Assembly: GCF_018350175.1 (NCBI RefSeq) | Contig: NC_058368.1 | Location: 222,458,001 to 222,522,000 of the forward strand | Source: Felis catus | Lineage: Eukaryota | Reading direction: 5' to 3' | Length of the DNA stretch: 64,000 nucleotides | Part shown: piece by piece, positions 52,336 through 64,000 of the stretch | Layout of the letters: each line of letters starts with the position of its first letter | Position numbering within the stretch: position 1 is the first letter of the stretch | Notes under the pieces: model-generated | The model's database searches: none | What the model saw: only the letters and a program-made list of their open reading frames with translations | What the model was told of the DNA's origin: nothing | Made by a program: the position numbers and the translations under genes

Positions 52336-52469
52336 AAATGAGTAGTTGCTAACTAATTAAATAATCATTGTAAGGCATGGGGGTATAGATTAGTGTATGG
52401 GCAAAACTGTTTCCCAAACCTGTCAGCAGCAGTCAGGCTATGAAAGCTTCAGCCTTCACTATATAGCCT

Positions 52470-53050
52470 AACACTGTATTTGATATCTCAAAATCCAGTG
52501 TTTCCAATAAGATAAACACTTATTTCTTACTCCTAAAGTTCAAGAGGAAGGATAGTAGTCCAAAATAATAGGCATTTCTACTTCTCAAGATCATACAGGG
52601 TTCAAATTCCTTTCTTATTCCAACATTGACTTGTGAGCATCTTGAATTACTTGAATAACTAGCAATTGATACAGATTGTCCTCTGAGAACTTGTCTAGGG
52701 CTGTTGAAAAGAATAGGAATATATGGTGTCTCCATGTGATATGAACTTCCTCACAGCATGATTGTTAGGTTCTAAAAATGGAAACTCTAGACACAGAATC
52801 AATGGCAAATGAAGGCAGTTTCTCTCTTTCTTTCCTTCTTGCTCTGTTTTTCTTTTTTCTTTTCTCTTCTTTGCTCTTCTTCTCTTTTCTTTTCTTTTTT
52901 CTTTTCTCTTTTCTTTTCTCTTCTTTTCTTTTCCTCTTTTTCTTTTTTTTTTAATAAAGGGTTCATATACCTTTACTTCTACCATACTTCATCAGTCAGG
53001 ATAATCACACATCTCAAATCAGATTCATAAAGGGGAAGCATAGAATCCAG
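52470..53050 (-). mobile_element. MLT1-like LTR containing a (TTTTC)n expansion at 52820-52952
   Basis: tctccatgtg...cttcctcacagcatg and cagattcataaaggggaagcatagaatcca antisense MLT1 motifs. Confidence 0.6.
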
Positions 53051-53089
53051 TAAGCATTGAGAGAATTGCTGATCAAATTTTAAGAGGAG

Positions 53090-55005
53090 CATGAGGGATG
53101 GGTCATTTATCTATGTGCCACATATGAAAGATACAATCTAACAGAACCAACAGAACGGGGAGAAGAGAATGTGAAGAGCAAGCAACTTTTTTTTTTTTTA
53201 AAGATGTGATGTCTGTGCATATTCCATTAACTGGAATTTAGTAAAATATCCACACCTAGGTGACACATGCCAGCTAAATCCTTAGGGGAAGAGGTAGTTA
53301 TTACTAAAAAGAATACATAACAGTCTCTTTCACAATCTGCCACACAAGTATCCATATATAACCCTCTTTGAAATGTTAGAAGATACCATACACTTCACTA
53401 GGACGACACCCCATCATCCCATTCAGTCATTGCATCCAGATCCATACTAAGATATTTGGGTACCGTCTTCTCACCAAATACCTATCATTCATAACACCTG
53501 CATAAGTTACTTGGAGAAAAATATTTTGTAATTATAATAAAATCTTCCATTTAGAAAAGGGAAGAATGACCAGGCAGCCAGAGCAGCAATATTTTGTTAG
53601 GTAAAAACTATAGAGACTCCCTGTCCTATGAGAAGAGTAAATTTCCTCCTCAGAACTCATTTCTGCTTATTGGAAAGAATTTCCTGCACTCTGTCCTTGG
53701 GGGCCCTTGGCTTTTCCTTTGAAAAATGTGTTCTTGCTGTATCACCACCCTGGCCACATCTGCATGGATATTAAAGAGATTGCTTTTCTCAGGAGCACAG
53801 CAGCTTTTGTAGCCTGCTTCTACTCCTACTGACTTGGGCACTAGAGAGTTTTTGAAGGCTAAACATGATTTTCCTGGTAAAACAATTCTTTAAAAAGCTC
53901 AGTAAGATTCTGGTCTAATTGCTTCCAGCCATTGCCATGTGTTTGAAACCACATCCAAGTCTACTTTCTGGAAATAAGTATTAAACCTGTTCACATGGAG
54001 TGGTTTTCTTATTCAGCCAGCGTCATGCGCTCATTTTAATGGTGGCTCTATTGAAAACATAAAACCATGTAAAACAATAAGCTCACTTGGAAAGCAATAC
54101 CCTTAATCTGATCATGGGTGCAGATCATCTATAGATTCATTTGCTGGGCTGAGAATTCTTAATGGGCACTGTTCAGAAAGGCTTTGAGCAGCAGGGTTAT
54201 CTCCTACTGTTGGGATGATAAAGCAGTTGGCTTTTCCAACCCTGCCAGATCCCACCTTTCTGAACTCTTTCCATTCTCTTCAATCTCTGCTTGAAAATTG
54301 TCTACTTCTTGCTTTAGGTCATTAATTCTTGAAATAAGCTAACTAAATGCAGCAATAAACAGCTAACACATGGTCACATTCTGGCTCCTTCCAACAGCTT
54401 CTCTTAGAGCTGTAGTCTCTTTAGGAAACTGTTTTGCTCTTCCAGTTACCAGAGGTGACATTGTAAATAAATATTCCACCTTCACCCTGACTGCAATATC
54501 AATTTCACATTTTTTAGGTTTTGATGGCAGGCAGCAAGCCTTCCAATACACCAATTCTTTATTACCTGGAGTTAAGGCTAAGTTGCTAAAGCTAAGAAAC
54601 CCCACCATTTCCATGACTGAACACAATACAAGTATATTCCCCACTTACATTATGAATCCAAGAAGTCCATGCTCCATAAAGGAGTCCAGGAATCAAATTG
54701 GCTTTGCTATCTTCAGCACAAAGCTAGATTTCGTGGGGTCATCACCATTTCCATTTGGGAGCAAGGTAAAGAAAGAGTAATTCGTGGGCAATCATACTTC
54801 AGATGTATTTGCTGTTGCCCATACGTCTTCTACTTACATCCCTTTACTAAGAACTTAGTCATGCGGCACACCTGGCCAAAAGAGAGGCCGAGAAATGCAG
54901 CTTCTGTAGCCTGACGGTCATGAGCCTCGACAGAAGAATATAACTGATTTGAATAAGGGCCAATAGATTGCTACTGGTGCGAATGCAATATATTATATCT
55001 GATCT
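53090..55005 (-). mobile_element. MaLR (MLT1J-like) remnant: partial LTR, internal region, partial LTR
   Basis: Similar LTR motifs at ~53220-53344 (ends tctgccaca) and ~54830-55005 (cacacctggcc...gaaatgcag) bracket MLT1-int-like sequence. Confidence 0.55.
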
Positions 55006-56932
55006 TTGTCATTGAGCTATCTCACATTATCTGTCTGAGAACATTTCACGTTCTTGAAAAAGGCACTAAATGATAGTTTCTCTGTTATTTAGAGTACAGC
55101 AATAGTTGATTTTTCCAACATTATAGGACCCCAAATTCCTGAAAACACAGGCAATTTAGACAATAGGGTATAGACAGAGCCCTGTTACCAGAGCAGTATT
55201 TCCTTCTATCTTTGTTTGCACACTGATCATTTCCAACCAGTATTATAATTATTTTATATGCTTTTACTGAAGGAGCTAAGAATGAGCAACCAACACACAT
55301 TCAAATCCTGATCTTTGAAAATTACTTTCCCTTAGGTTATAGGTTTTGCATACCAAATGGTCAATATGTTTTCTAGCGTGCATTATCTCCCATATTGCTG
55401 GGAGTAGCCCTATGATATAACTCTGCTTGGTGAAAAAGGAAGTAGAAATCTCCTAGCTTTGTTCTTCTCATGGAAACAACTGGGCTCACAGAACCATTTT
55501 GTCCCATTTACAGCTTTTCCACACGGCATAAAGACTTGATACATGAAGATCAATCAGCCTTTTGGCAATCGTTAGGTAGCGAGAATGAAGATGAAGTTCA
55601 ACCTGCTGAGAATCACCTGCTGGGAAGACAAAGAAACGGGTTCCATGAATCACCATTGAGACTCTACACCAAGCCCATACTCTTTCCCTTGGCCCTTTCT
55701 TGTTTATATGGTAAATTTTAGTTCAGCTATTGTTACTTGATTTTTCGTAGATTGCATCCCTCCATACTACAATGTATTGGTAGTGTATTATAGTTAAAGT
55801 TCCCACTACTGGTGATTATTAGAGTTTGCCTATGATTAGATGTTGCCTTAAATTTTTACCCAAATTAACCATGTGTCCTGGTATTTGTGCTTTGTTTAGT
55901 TCCTTCTCCCTGAAGTTGGGCTAACCTCAGGATTTGTATTAACCAATGGAATGGGATGAAAATGATATTGTACCAGTTGCTGGTATAGCTTTAAGAAGGC
56001 CTGTCAGGTGCTGTTTTCATGCTTTAGGGATGTAAGAGGTCCTCCAACTCTGATGAAGGATCCCCATGGAGAAAGTAATTAGAGCACTTAGGTGGAAAAG
56101 GAGCGGACCTGAGATTACATGGGAAGAGTTCCTCCCTACAACCGGGAGGAACAATGCAGTCATACAAGTGACCACTGACAAGACAAAAGAATAACTGTCC
56201 AGATGAGCCCAGCCCTTATTACATAGTCGTGAACAATTATGAGATGGTTGTTATTTAATTCACCAAATGTCAATATGGTGTATTTCACTGGAAGACACAA
56301 TCGCAATAGAAATCAATACCTGGAAGGGAGATGCTTCTGTATCAGAAACCTAACATTCTGTGGCACTGCTTTTGAAACTGGGTAGTGAGCGGGGATCTGA
56401 AACCCTCATGGAAACAGCTAATAAACTCTGAAAAGACAGAAAATTGCTAGTGCAGACCTTAACTAAGTGGACCTGAGTTGAGTGCAGAATAATCAGCAAA
56501 ACTGCTGCCTGCATTAATGTTGAAGCTAGAAAAGTCGTCATATGGAACCGGTGGATAGGGCCATACACTTTCCGGACAGAACGTAGAAAGTGCCCACTGG
56601 CTTCTTTTCACTACCTAGAAAAAAAATAATAAAAAAAATCTTTTGAGCTCAGGAAGGAAGCATTCATTTGTAAAGCATAATTTAGGGGAAATAAGAGGAA
56701 GCCAGGGATTACTGGGTTCACAAATAAACTTGTTTCCCATCCCCAGTCTCTCTTGACAAAAGAGTCTCACAGTAAGAAATGTCACTAAACCAATATTAAA
56801 TCCAGGCACTGCCATTAGAAGTAGCCTCAAGTCACAGCATGGTCCTTTTAATCTTTGTTGATAATCAGAAAATGTCAACTGGATGCCTCATAGACACTTT
56901 CAACAAGAAAATAAATGACTTATAAATATTTT

Positions 56933-57147
56933 GGAGTGCCTGGACAGCTCAGTCCGTTAAACGTCCCACTCTTGATTTCAGCTCAAATCATGATATCACG
57001 GTCATGGGATCAAGCCCCATGTCAAACCCCACGTCAGGCTGCACACTGAAAGCACAGAGACTGCTTGGGATTCTCTCTCCTCCTCTCTCTCTGCCCCTTC
57101 CCGTCTTACTCTCTCTCTAAAATAAATAAATAAACTTTTCAAAAAAT
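56933..57147 (+). mobile_element. Can-SINE nested in the MaLR internal region
   Basis: Head, (CT)n, AATAAA tail. Confidence 0.93.
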
Positions 57148-57824
57148 CTTCAAGTTATCCATCCTAGACACTCCCTCATAGATAATAGCTACCTAAGAAT
57201 CTTGCTGGCATTACACTAAGGCACTGTGATTTGCAGTCCAAAGTAGACGGGCATAGCTTGAAAAGAGATGTTATGTTGTGTTGCTTTTATGTAATGGAGT
57301 AAATTATTATTTGAGGTCTAAGAGATACATAATTTTATAAAGGAGTTATATAAGCTTTAAAAAATTAACAAAAAATATCCCAGAATAAAGAGGTTTCAAA
57401 GTGTTCAAATTTCTCAGGCAAGAAACAAGCTGAAAAAGTGGAATATTTTTTATGAAAAAGGAAAGAGGACTCAGAGTGTTCCAGAATCCTGGAGCAAAAC
57501 TGAGCCCTAATCAAGCAACTGGCAACATGGGCCCAATTGGATTTCAGAATTATAAGTGACAAGTCCCTGCTCTGTGCCTCTCATTTTCTCCCTTTGGGAA
57601 AGTGTCTTGCTTTCCTTGCTCTAGCCTCAAAGTTGCAAACTGCGTAGGAGCTTGGGTGTGAGTTAACTTGTCTACTTAGTTTAAAGGACTTCAGATGGAC
57701 TTCTCCAGCAGCTGAAGATCCTTCTGGACAAATGCACCTGATGAAAGCACAATTTTCAAACCTGACTTCCATGATGAAATGAGGCATCTGGTTGTCAGAA
57801 GTGGAGTGGGGAAGAAGAGTGTAT

Positions 57825-57979
57825 TTTATTTTTGAAAGGGCAGGGAGGGGCAGAGAGAGAGGGAGACAGAGTATCCGAAGCAGGCTCCGAGCTGTTAGCG
57901 CAGAACCAGATGTGGGGCTCAAACCCATGAAGCCTGAGATCACGACCTGAGCTTAACCAACCCAGCCACCCAGGCTTCC
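57825..57979 (-). mobile_element. Shortened Can-SINE
   Basis: gggcagagagagagggagacagag...gccacccagg with internal deletions. Confidence 0.9.
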
Positions 57980-60139
57980 TTGAGGATGTATTTTAACTAG
58001 AGGAGAAATATGAATTGTTAGGGGCCAGGTGGCCTATACCATGATTAAATGATAGCCCCAAATGAACTATGCTTTTCGAGGTATTTGATTCTTGTATGTC
58101 TCCTTTGGAATCTGAGATGGGCTTGGGGTAACGTTTAGGAGTAGAAAGCTACAGAAGAGATATCTAGCTGTAACTGTTAGAACGCTTGGCAATTACTGCA
58201 CTTGAGCTCTTGAAAAACCTCAATGACCATGTCATGCTTTTTTTTTTTTTTTTCTACCAGGCAGAAGACTTGAGTGGTTGGGTCACCCGGATTAAGGGCG
58301 GGGAGAATAGGAAGAGGGAAGAGATATCATCCAGGCGAGTCTCCAGCTGACCCTCCAGTTTTCAAGAACAGCAGATCTTTTCAGGTGAGCTTAGCACAGA
58401 GAGATAAGCCATTATTTGTTATAATAATAGTAATGATAATAATAAATAATATTTAACAATTAAATTTTAGTTAATTCATTACATGGCAGTAAATAACCAC
58501 AGCATCTTGTCCTTTGACCCTTTTGTTGCTGGAGCCTGCACGTGATACATGATGGTACCCGGGTTATGGTACCCAGGAAGCAGCATGAGCGGGGATAAAT
58601 TCAACAGGCTGAAATTTTAAATCAGGGAAAGACAGAGAAGCTGGTTCTGCCTTAATCCTGTGGACTTCTCTTGCTAAGAGAAACTCCTTTCTGCTGAAGC
58701 CATATTCGGTCAAATTTTCAGTAGATCCTTTCCTTCCTAGTAAAGAGGGCCTATGCTGTCTTCTATTTAAAGTTCCCATTATTGGTGAACATTAAGTTAC
58801 ACCTTCCTTTTGTTGTGAATACAACCTGCGGTAACCTACTTCAAATCAGATTCCGGGAGCAGGTTGTAAGATAGCAGTTACAGTTTTGGATTAATGAGCC
58901 TATCTTTTGAAACATTTGCCGATAGAGCAAAAATGGTGTATACAAATGCCTTTGGGTCCCTAGGCAGATTTGGTGAACAAGCATATCAAACTGTCACACT
59001 GGACCCAGAAGGGCCTAGTAGAAGTCTTCGGAACTGTCATTCTTCTTTTCTGTAGATTGAAATTAAGCCAGAACAATATTGGTTTTCTTTTTTTTTTCTT
59101 TTGTTTTTAAGCCTTCTATTGTCAATGTACTGCATATATTCTAGCAGTGTATACAGAAGAGACTTTTAGAAGTTAATGAAGAAATACCCAAAGACTTCCA
59201 GCTACATATGAAAAAAAAATTACAGTATGGCTGTATTATGTAGAGAAAACTAAAACTAATTCTGAAAATTGATTTTTTCCACATTTTAGTTTTGCTTAAT
59301 AGCAAAAAATAAAGCACTGTGAGCAAATATTCAATTTCAAAATCTGGGTAATTAGAACATAACCCAAAAAGCCCTGGTTTGTTATATGGTAATATGGGTC
59401 AACATATTTTAGGTTTTTCAATTGTAAACTATTTTGCTTCTGAGTAGATATGATAAAGTTTGTGAAGTCCCAAACAATTTCTTTAAATCAGAGCATCCAA
59501 ATAACGATGACACTTAGCATTGACTGGCATCTGAGAAAAATGTATCCATTGCAGTCACATTCATAAAAGAAATTTCTTTTGATTAGGCTCTGTGATCTTC
59601 AATGGAAATTTTTAGGGCCATTGAAAAATCGCACACACTTTTTTCTGTGTCATTTTAAATTCTTCAGAGAGTAAATAAGGAAAGTGAATGGCTCTGTTAG
59701 ACATTTCTCAATCATCTTTAAGTGGGTCATGGTTTAAAATAGGATGTGGCAAATTGGAACGATGTGAACTGAATTATCCCTAAGTTTCCCTGTACCATCT
59801 GCTTAATGAATTCTTTACAGGGGGTCAGTGAGTCATCAAATACTAATTGCAATTCATCTCTCAAAGAGTCAAAATCAATGTATAATTTTCACTAAAGTGA
59901 AAGTAAAAAACCAGCTTCAAGAAATACTGAAAAAGAGGTAACTGAGTAATAGCTGTCAGGGCCTATAGCAAACAAAAAATTCGGTTGATGTCTGACACAT
60001 CACTTATTGTTAAATTCAGCTCCTTTTTGATTTAGTTTCATGACCCTGGACATAGACCAAAGACACATGGCTAAAATAATGAAGCCATTGTGACATCGTT
60101 GGCCTTTCAAATGTTCCGTAGCTTATGTTTTTATATGTG

Positions 60140-62330
60140 CCTAAAACTTATATTTCCTATAGTATATTATTATAAAGTTGAACTTCCTTTGTTATACTGA
60201 TGAAGTTTTACCTTAATTTTGGTTTTTCATTTTCCTTTTACTTTTTACTGATGAAATTGAGTATTCTACTTTAAATGATCAATTTCACATTTAAAAGGTT
60301 GACATATACACTTGACTGAAAAAATTCCATAATAATACATTTCTGTTCTCCTTGTGAGCAATATAAAATATTATTAATATTTCATGTCTTCTGGGCCGTC
60401 TTTCGTCTAACATGGCATTGTGTTGTATATTTTAATTCCATCTTTCTTGCCCGAAACCTCCAGTATCAAGTATTTGTTTATGATTTAACACTTGTTTGGA
60501 TTCACCACCAATTTTACCAATTTTTGATCTCACCTATCCTTCTGACGCATCACAGTAGGATCTATGCCTACTTTCTGAAATGTATCATGTAAAAAAAAAA
60601 TCCTTCTCTAAAGGTCGGTCAGTGTTGGGTTCTCTGCTCTTGTTATTTAGTATTTTAATTTTTCCCTCAAGCTTGATTTATTTGGGTGGATAATTGTTGG
60701 CTGAGAATTATTTTCTTCCAGCATTCCCTCTAGGAAGTTGTCATCAGACCACTTTTAGCAACACGGACACATTGACATTACCTACATTTTTTTTCCCAGC
60801 CAAATCTGCCCTCATAGTTTCCATGGACATAGACTCTTGCTCAACTAAAGTGCTGTGAGTAGGGTGGGGATGGGGTAGTGAGGCTACTCTGACCACTTGA
60901 GATCACACAGAAACACCCCCTTTGCTCTATAGTCCCTGGCAGGGCACCCACTCATTTCCAAAGTCAACTTCTGGTAACCAACATCCTTGGTTGATGCTGT
61001 TGTTGTTGCTTTTTAAGTTTTTAAAATTTTTAAATTTATTTTTTAGTGACTTGTTCAAACTATTTCTGGGAAGTATTTTTCTCTTGCTTAGTGCTGCCTC
61101 TGATGTCTCTGTTCAGATAATTCTTTTGCCCTCTTTTTATCTGGCTGCTTAGGGTGTCACCACTGGGTTAGCATATGCCCCTGTTGGTGAAAATGTTTAG
61201 CCAGTTAAGATTTTTTGTCATTACCATTGGTTGGTTGTGCGGCTTTGCAGATGTCACCTCTGTCCAGAGAGTTTATATTTTTTGTTTCATGTTCTCATGG
61301 TGACTTCCATCTTGGAGACTTGCTCTCTGCTTGCTCCTGAGGTGGAGCCTTGAACATGCACAATCTGACTGCCAGGGATGGGTGGAATTTAATTTTTTAA
61401 GTCTGGCTTTCTAAGAGCTGTTTTTGGGTTCAGATCGTGTGTTATCAGCAGTTCTGCTGGAGGTCCTAGTGATGTGTATATACGTGGGAAACGCTTTCGA
61501 GTCTATCTTGTGTCCTTCTCTGCTTGGTGCTTCCTGTGTGTTAATGCTGTCAACCAGTCCCATGCATAGTTTCCCCAAACCCCAGGGGTGAGGGCTCCCT
61601 TAATACTATCCAACATTGCTTTTCCTTGGTTGTCTTTGTTCTCTGTTGAACTTCTGGCTACTCTCTCCTTTCACTTCTTGCCACCATCATGAAGCTACCT
61701 TCTACTTACTCTTCACCAAGGCCTCCACTGCTATTGACAGTGTCCTCAGGTCCAGCATTCTTCATGCTTTGTTCCAAACAAAGTCGCTTCTGGCAGAGCT
61801 GTGGATCTCTTCTTCCCACTGAGTCACTTCTCGTGGAGTGAAACCCCTGTTCATTGTGCAGGCATCCTTGGTATGGAGGAAAGTAGACACTCACCTCCTC
61901 AAGTTGTTCTTCTCAGTGTCAGAACTGCTCCCTAAAAGCAAGCTGGGGTAGGGATGATCAGGGCTCCAGGAGTCTTGCCCTTCTGGGCTTGGGGATGTAG
62001 TTTCTCCTCTACTAATAGGCCCTGGGTAGGAAAAAGACCATTTGTCTTTTAGCCTCACCCACACAGAATCTCTTTTCTATAACAGGGACTGGGGCAGAGG
62101 TATGGCATGAGAGGAGGTAAGAGATGCCAGCCGATTGTCACTCCTAAAGTAAGACTCTAGTGTCAGACTGGAAAGAAAGGGAGAGGGCCCCATTTTGCTT
62201 GACTATTCCCACCCATATTAGAGTCTCTGGAGGAGAGGTTGGATACTCTGGGCAACTGGACAGGAAACAGGTTGTGGCTGGCAGGCTATACTTAGCAATA
62301 TTTAGTAGATTTTTTTAATAACGTTTCTCT
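60140..62330 (-). mobile_element. Old L1M 5' region / ORF1 remnants (patchy)
   Basis: T-rich antisense L1-like text such as ttggctgagaattattttcttccagca and ttgttcaaactatttctgg; boundaries uncertain. Confidence 0.4.
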
Positions 62331-63365
62331 CTGTGCTGTATACCATGAGGTCAATCTCCAGAAAGTTAAATTAGCGTATTTTATGTAAATAAATAATAAA
62401 TAGTTGTTTCTCTGGGGAGAAGGTCTGCCGGGCGCTTCATTGTATCCATCCAAAAGTCCTACATCAGTAGCCTTTCATGTAAATTTTTTACCTGGGGGAC
62501 ACCAGGTCCTTACAGGAGAATATATTTCTCTACAAGCCTCTGTGAGTGATTTTAAGTTCTGAAGCACTGAAAATAAAGACATTCATGTTTTTTTTCAGTA
62601 TCTTTTTTGTTTTATTAGGCCTGTGTTCTATTTACCTTTGCAATAATTTCTCAAGGGCCCCATCTTTGTGTGGAACTCTGGGTGTCAATTTGTCCCACTT
62701 GGAATGAACTCAGTATCTCTAGTCATTCCTTATGCAGCTACAAATATCATATTCCTTGATTTCTGGGAGATCACTCTAATGCAGGTAAAGCATCAAATCT
62801 TCACACAACTTTAGTTTTCAGTTTCGCTGTGTCCTTACTTTCCTGAAATGACAAGAATTGATTTAAGAAGGGTATTTATTGCATCTCGCCCATCATTTTA
62901 TGTTCTGTTGCTTGAGGATTTTCTGATTGCACCATTCAGATTATATAACCTTTCATTTATCAGCACAACTGAGAAGTTAAAAATATTGTTAAAATATGTA
63001 GTATATGGTAAGTCAGTATATGATTATAACATATTGTACCTGAAAATGTGAAAATACATTTACTCAGTTTTTTCCCTTTTCAAACATGATTACTCTTTGA
63101 TATTTTATTTTAGCAAATTAAGCAAGCTAAAAATATATAGTATTTACTTAATTCATAAATTTATTAGAATTATGATTGTTTATATTTTTCACAGCAAAAA
63201 CATACAAATTTTGTGGTTTATAAGTTTCATGTATTCAAAAATACAATTTTAATTTTCTTTCACCAAATGTATTTCACTTTTATTTTGTAATGGCAAAAAC
63301 CTGAGTGTTTCTATGTCTAACTACATGCACAATTCTGGTTTAAGTTTTGAAATTTATTCATGTCT

Positions 63366-63555
63366 GGGGCACCCGATTGGCTCAGTTGGTTAAGCACCAG
63401 ACTCTTGGTTTCAGCTCAGGTCATGATCTCACGGTTGAGGAGCTCAAGCTCTGTTCAGGCTCTGCACTGGCAGTGTGGAACCTGCTTGGTATTCTCTCTC
63501 TCCCTCTCTCTCTGCCCCCTCCCTCTCGAAAAGAAATAAACATGAAAAAAAAAAG
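63366..63555 (+). mobile_element. Can-SINE
   Basis: Head, (CT)n, A-tail; TSD AAATTTATTYATGT. Confidence 0.95.
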
Positions 63556-64000
63556 AAAATTTATTTATGTTCAATAAACCCTCAATGAAATCCATCTCCC
63601 CACACATCCACCCACTTGTTTTGCTTTTCCACTTCCTGTTGGAAAAGATCTTGGGCATTACTTTATGGCATTCTGAGCAGGTCAGCTGGGTCTGGGCACC
63701 TCTCTGCTGTCTTCACTGTTGATATCTGTGAAAGCATGCTGGGGGAGAAGGTAATGCAAAGACTGGGATGGATGGGCAACTTGTCCTCCAGTGACTGCAG
63801 GCTCACTACCCATTCTTTCCCTCTGGGACTCCCCACGCACCCGCATCTGGCTTTTGCTCCCATACCAGGAATCAGCTGTGGGTTACAGCCACTTCACATG
63901 ATAGTGACACCCTTAGAAAATGAAACAGACACCTCTCCATTCTCAGTACCTTCCAACCCCAAGGCTAGTGTGTAAGAATCTCTCCCCAGGTGCCCTGGGA

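Larger units (their letters stand above)
55835..58380 (+). mobile_element. MaLR (MLT1F/G/H-like) proviral remnant: 5' LTR, internal region, partial 3' LTR
   Basis: LTR to ~56308 then the MLT1-int start gaaatcaatacctggaagggagatgcttctgta...gaaactgggtagtg; internal end aggagaaatatgaattgttaggggccag (~58001-58028) followed by LTR-like sequence. Confidence 0.7.

Noticed and set aside
596..63555. SINE strand bias (about 16 minus versus 8 plus) as evidence of a host gene direction
   Set aside because: Too few elements for significance, and L1/LTR orientations are mixed

Overview
AT-rich eukaryotic DNA from a carnivoran mammal, almost certainly a felid. About 24 tRNA-derived Can-SINEs are present, and four are near-consensus, CpG-intact, cat-type copies. 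The window is intergenic or deep-intronic and dominated by interspersed repeats: Can-SINEs, carnivore and older L1 fragments, L2/MIR, MaLR (MLT1), ERV1 (MER34-/MER31-like) and ERVL remnants, plus many microsatellites. I recognise no host protein-coding exon, RNA gene, CpG-island promoter or CRISPR array. The supplied ORFs are short and mostly explained by repeats or low complexity. I found no convincing new biological system. The signals most worth checking are a pair of frame-compatible candidate exons (29172-29238, 30557-30616), a dense YACCTG (ZEB/E-box) cluster (17587-17690), nested inverted repeats in unique DNA (21571-21775), two templated repair-like scars, an internally deleted L1, an internally inverted L1, and MaLR/ERVL proviral remnants. 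Repeat family names come from my recollection of consensus sequences, not from a database search. Boundaries without a target-site duplication (TSD) are approximate.
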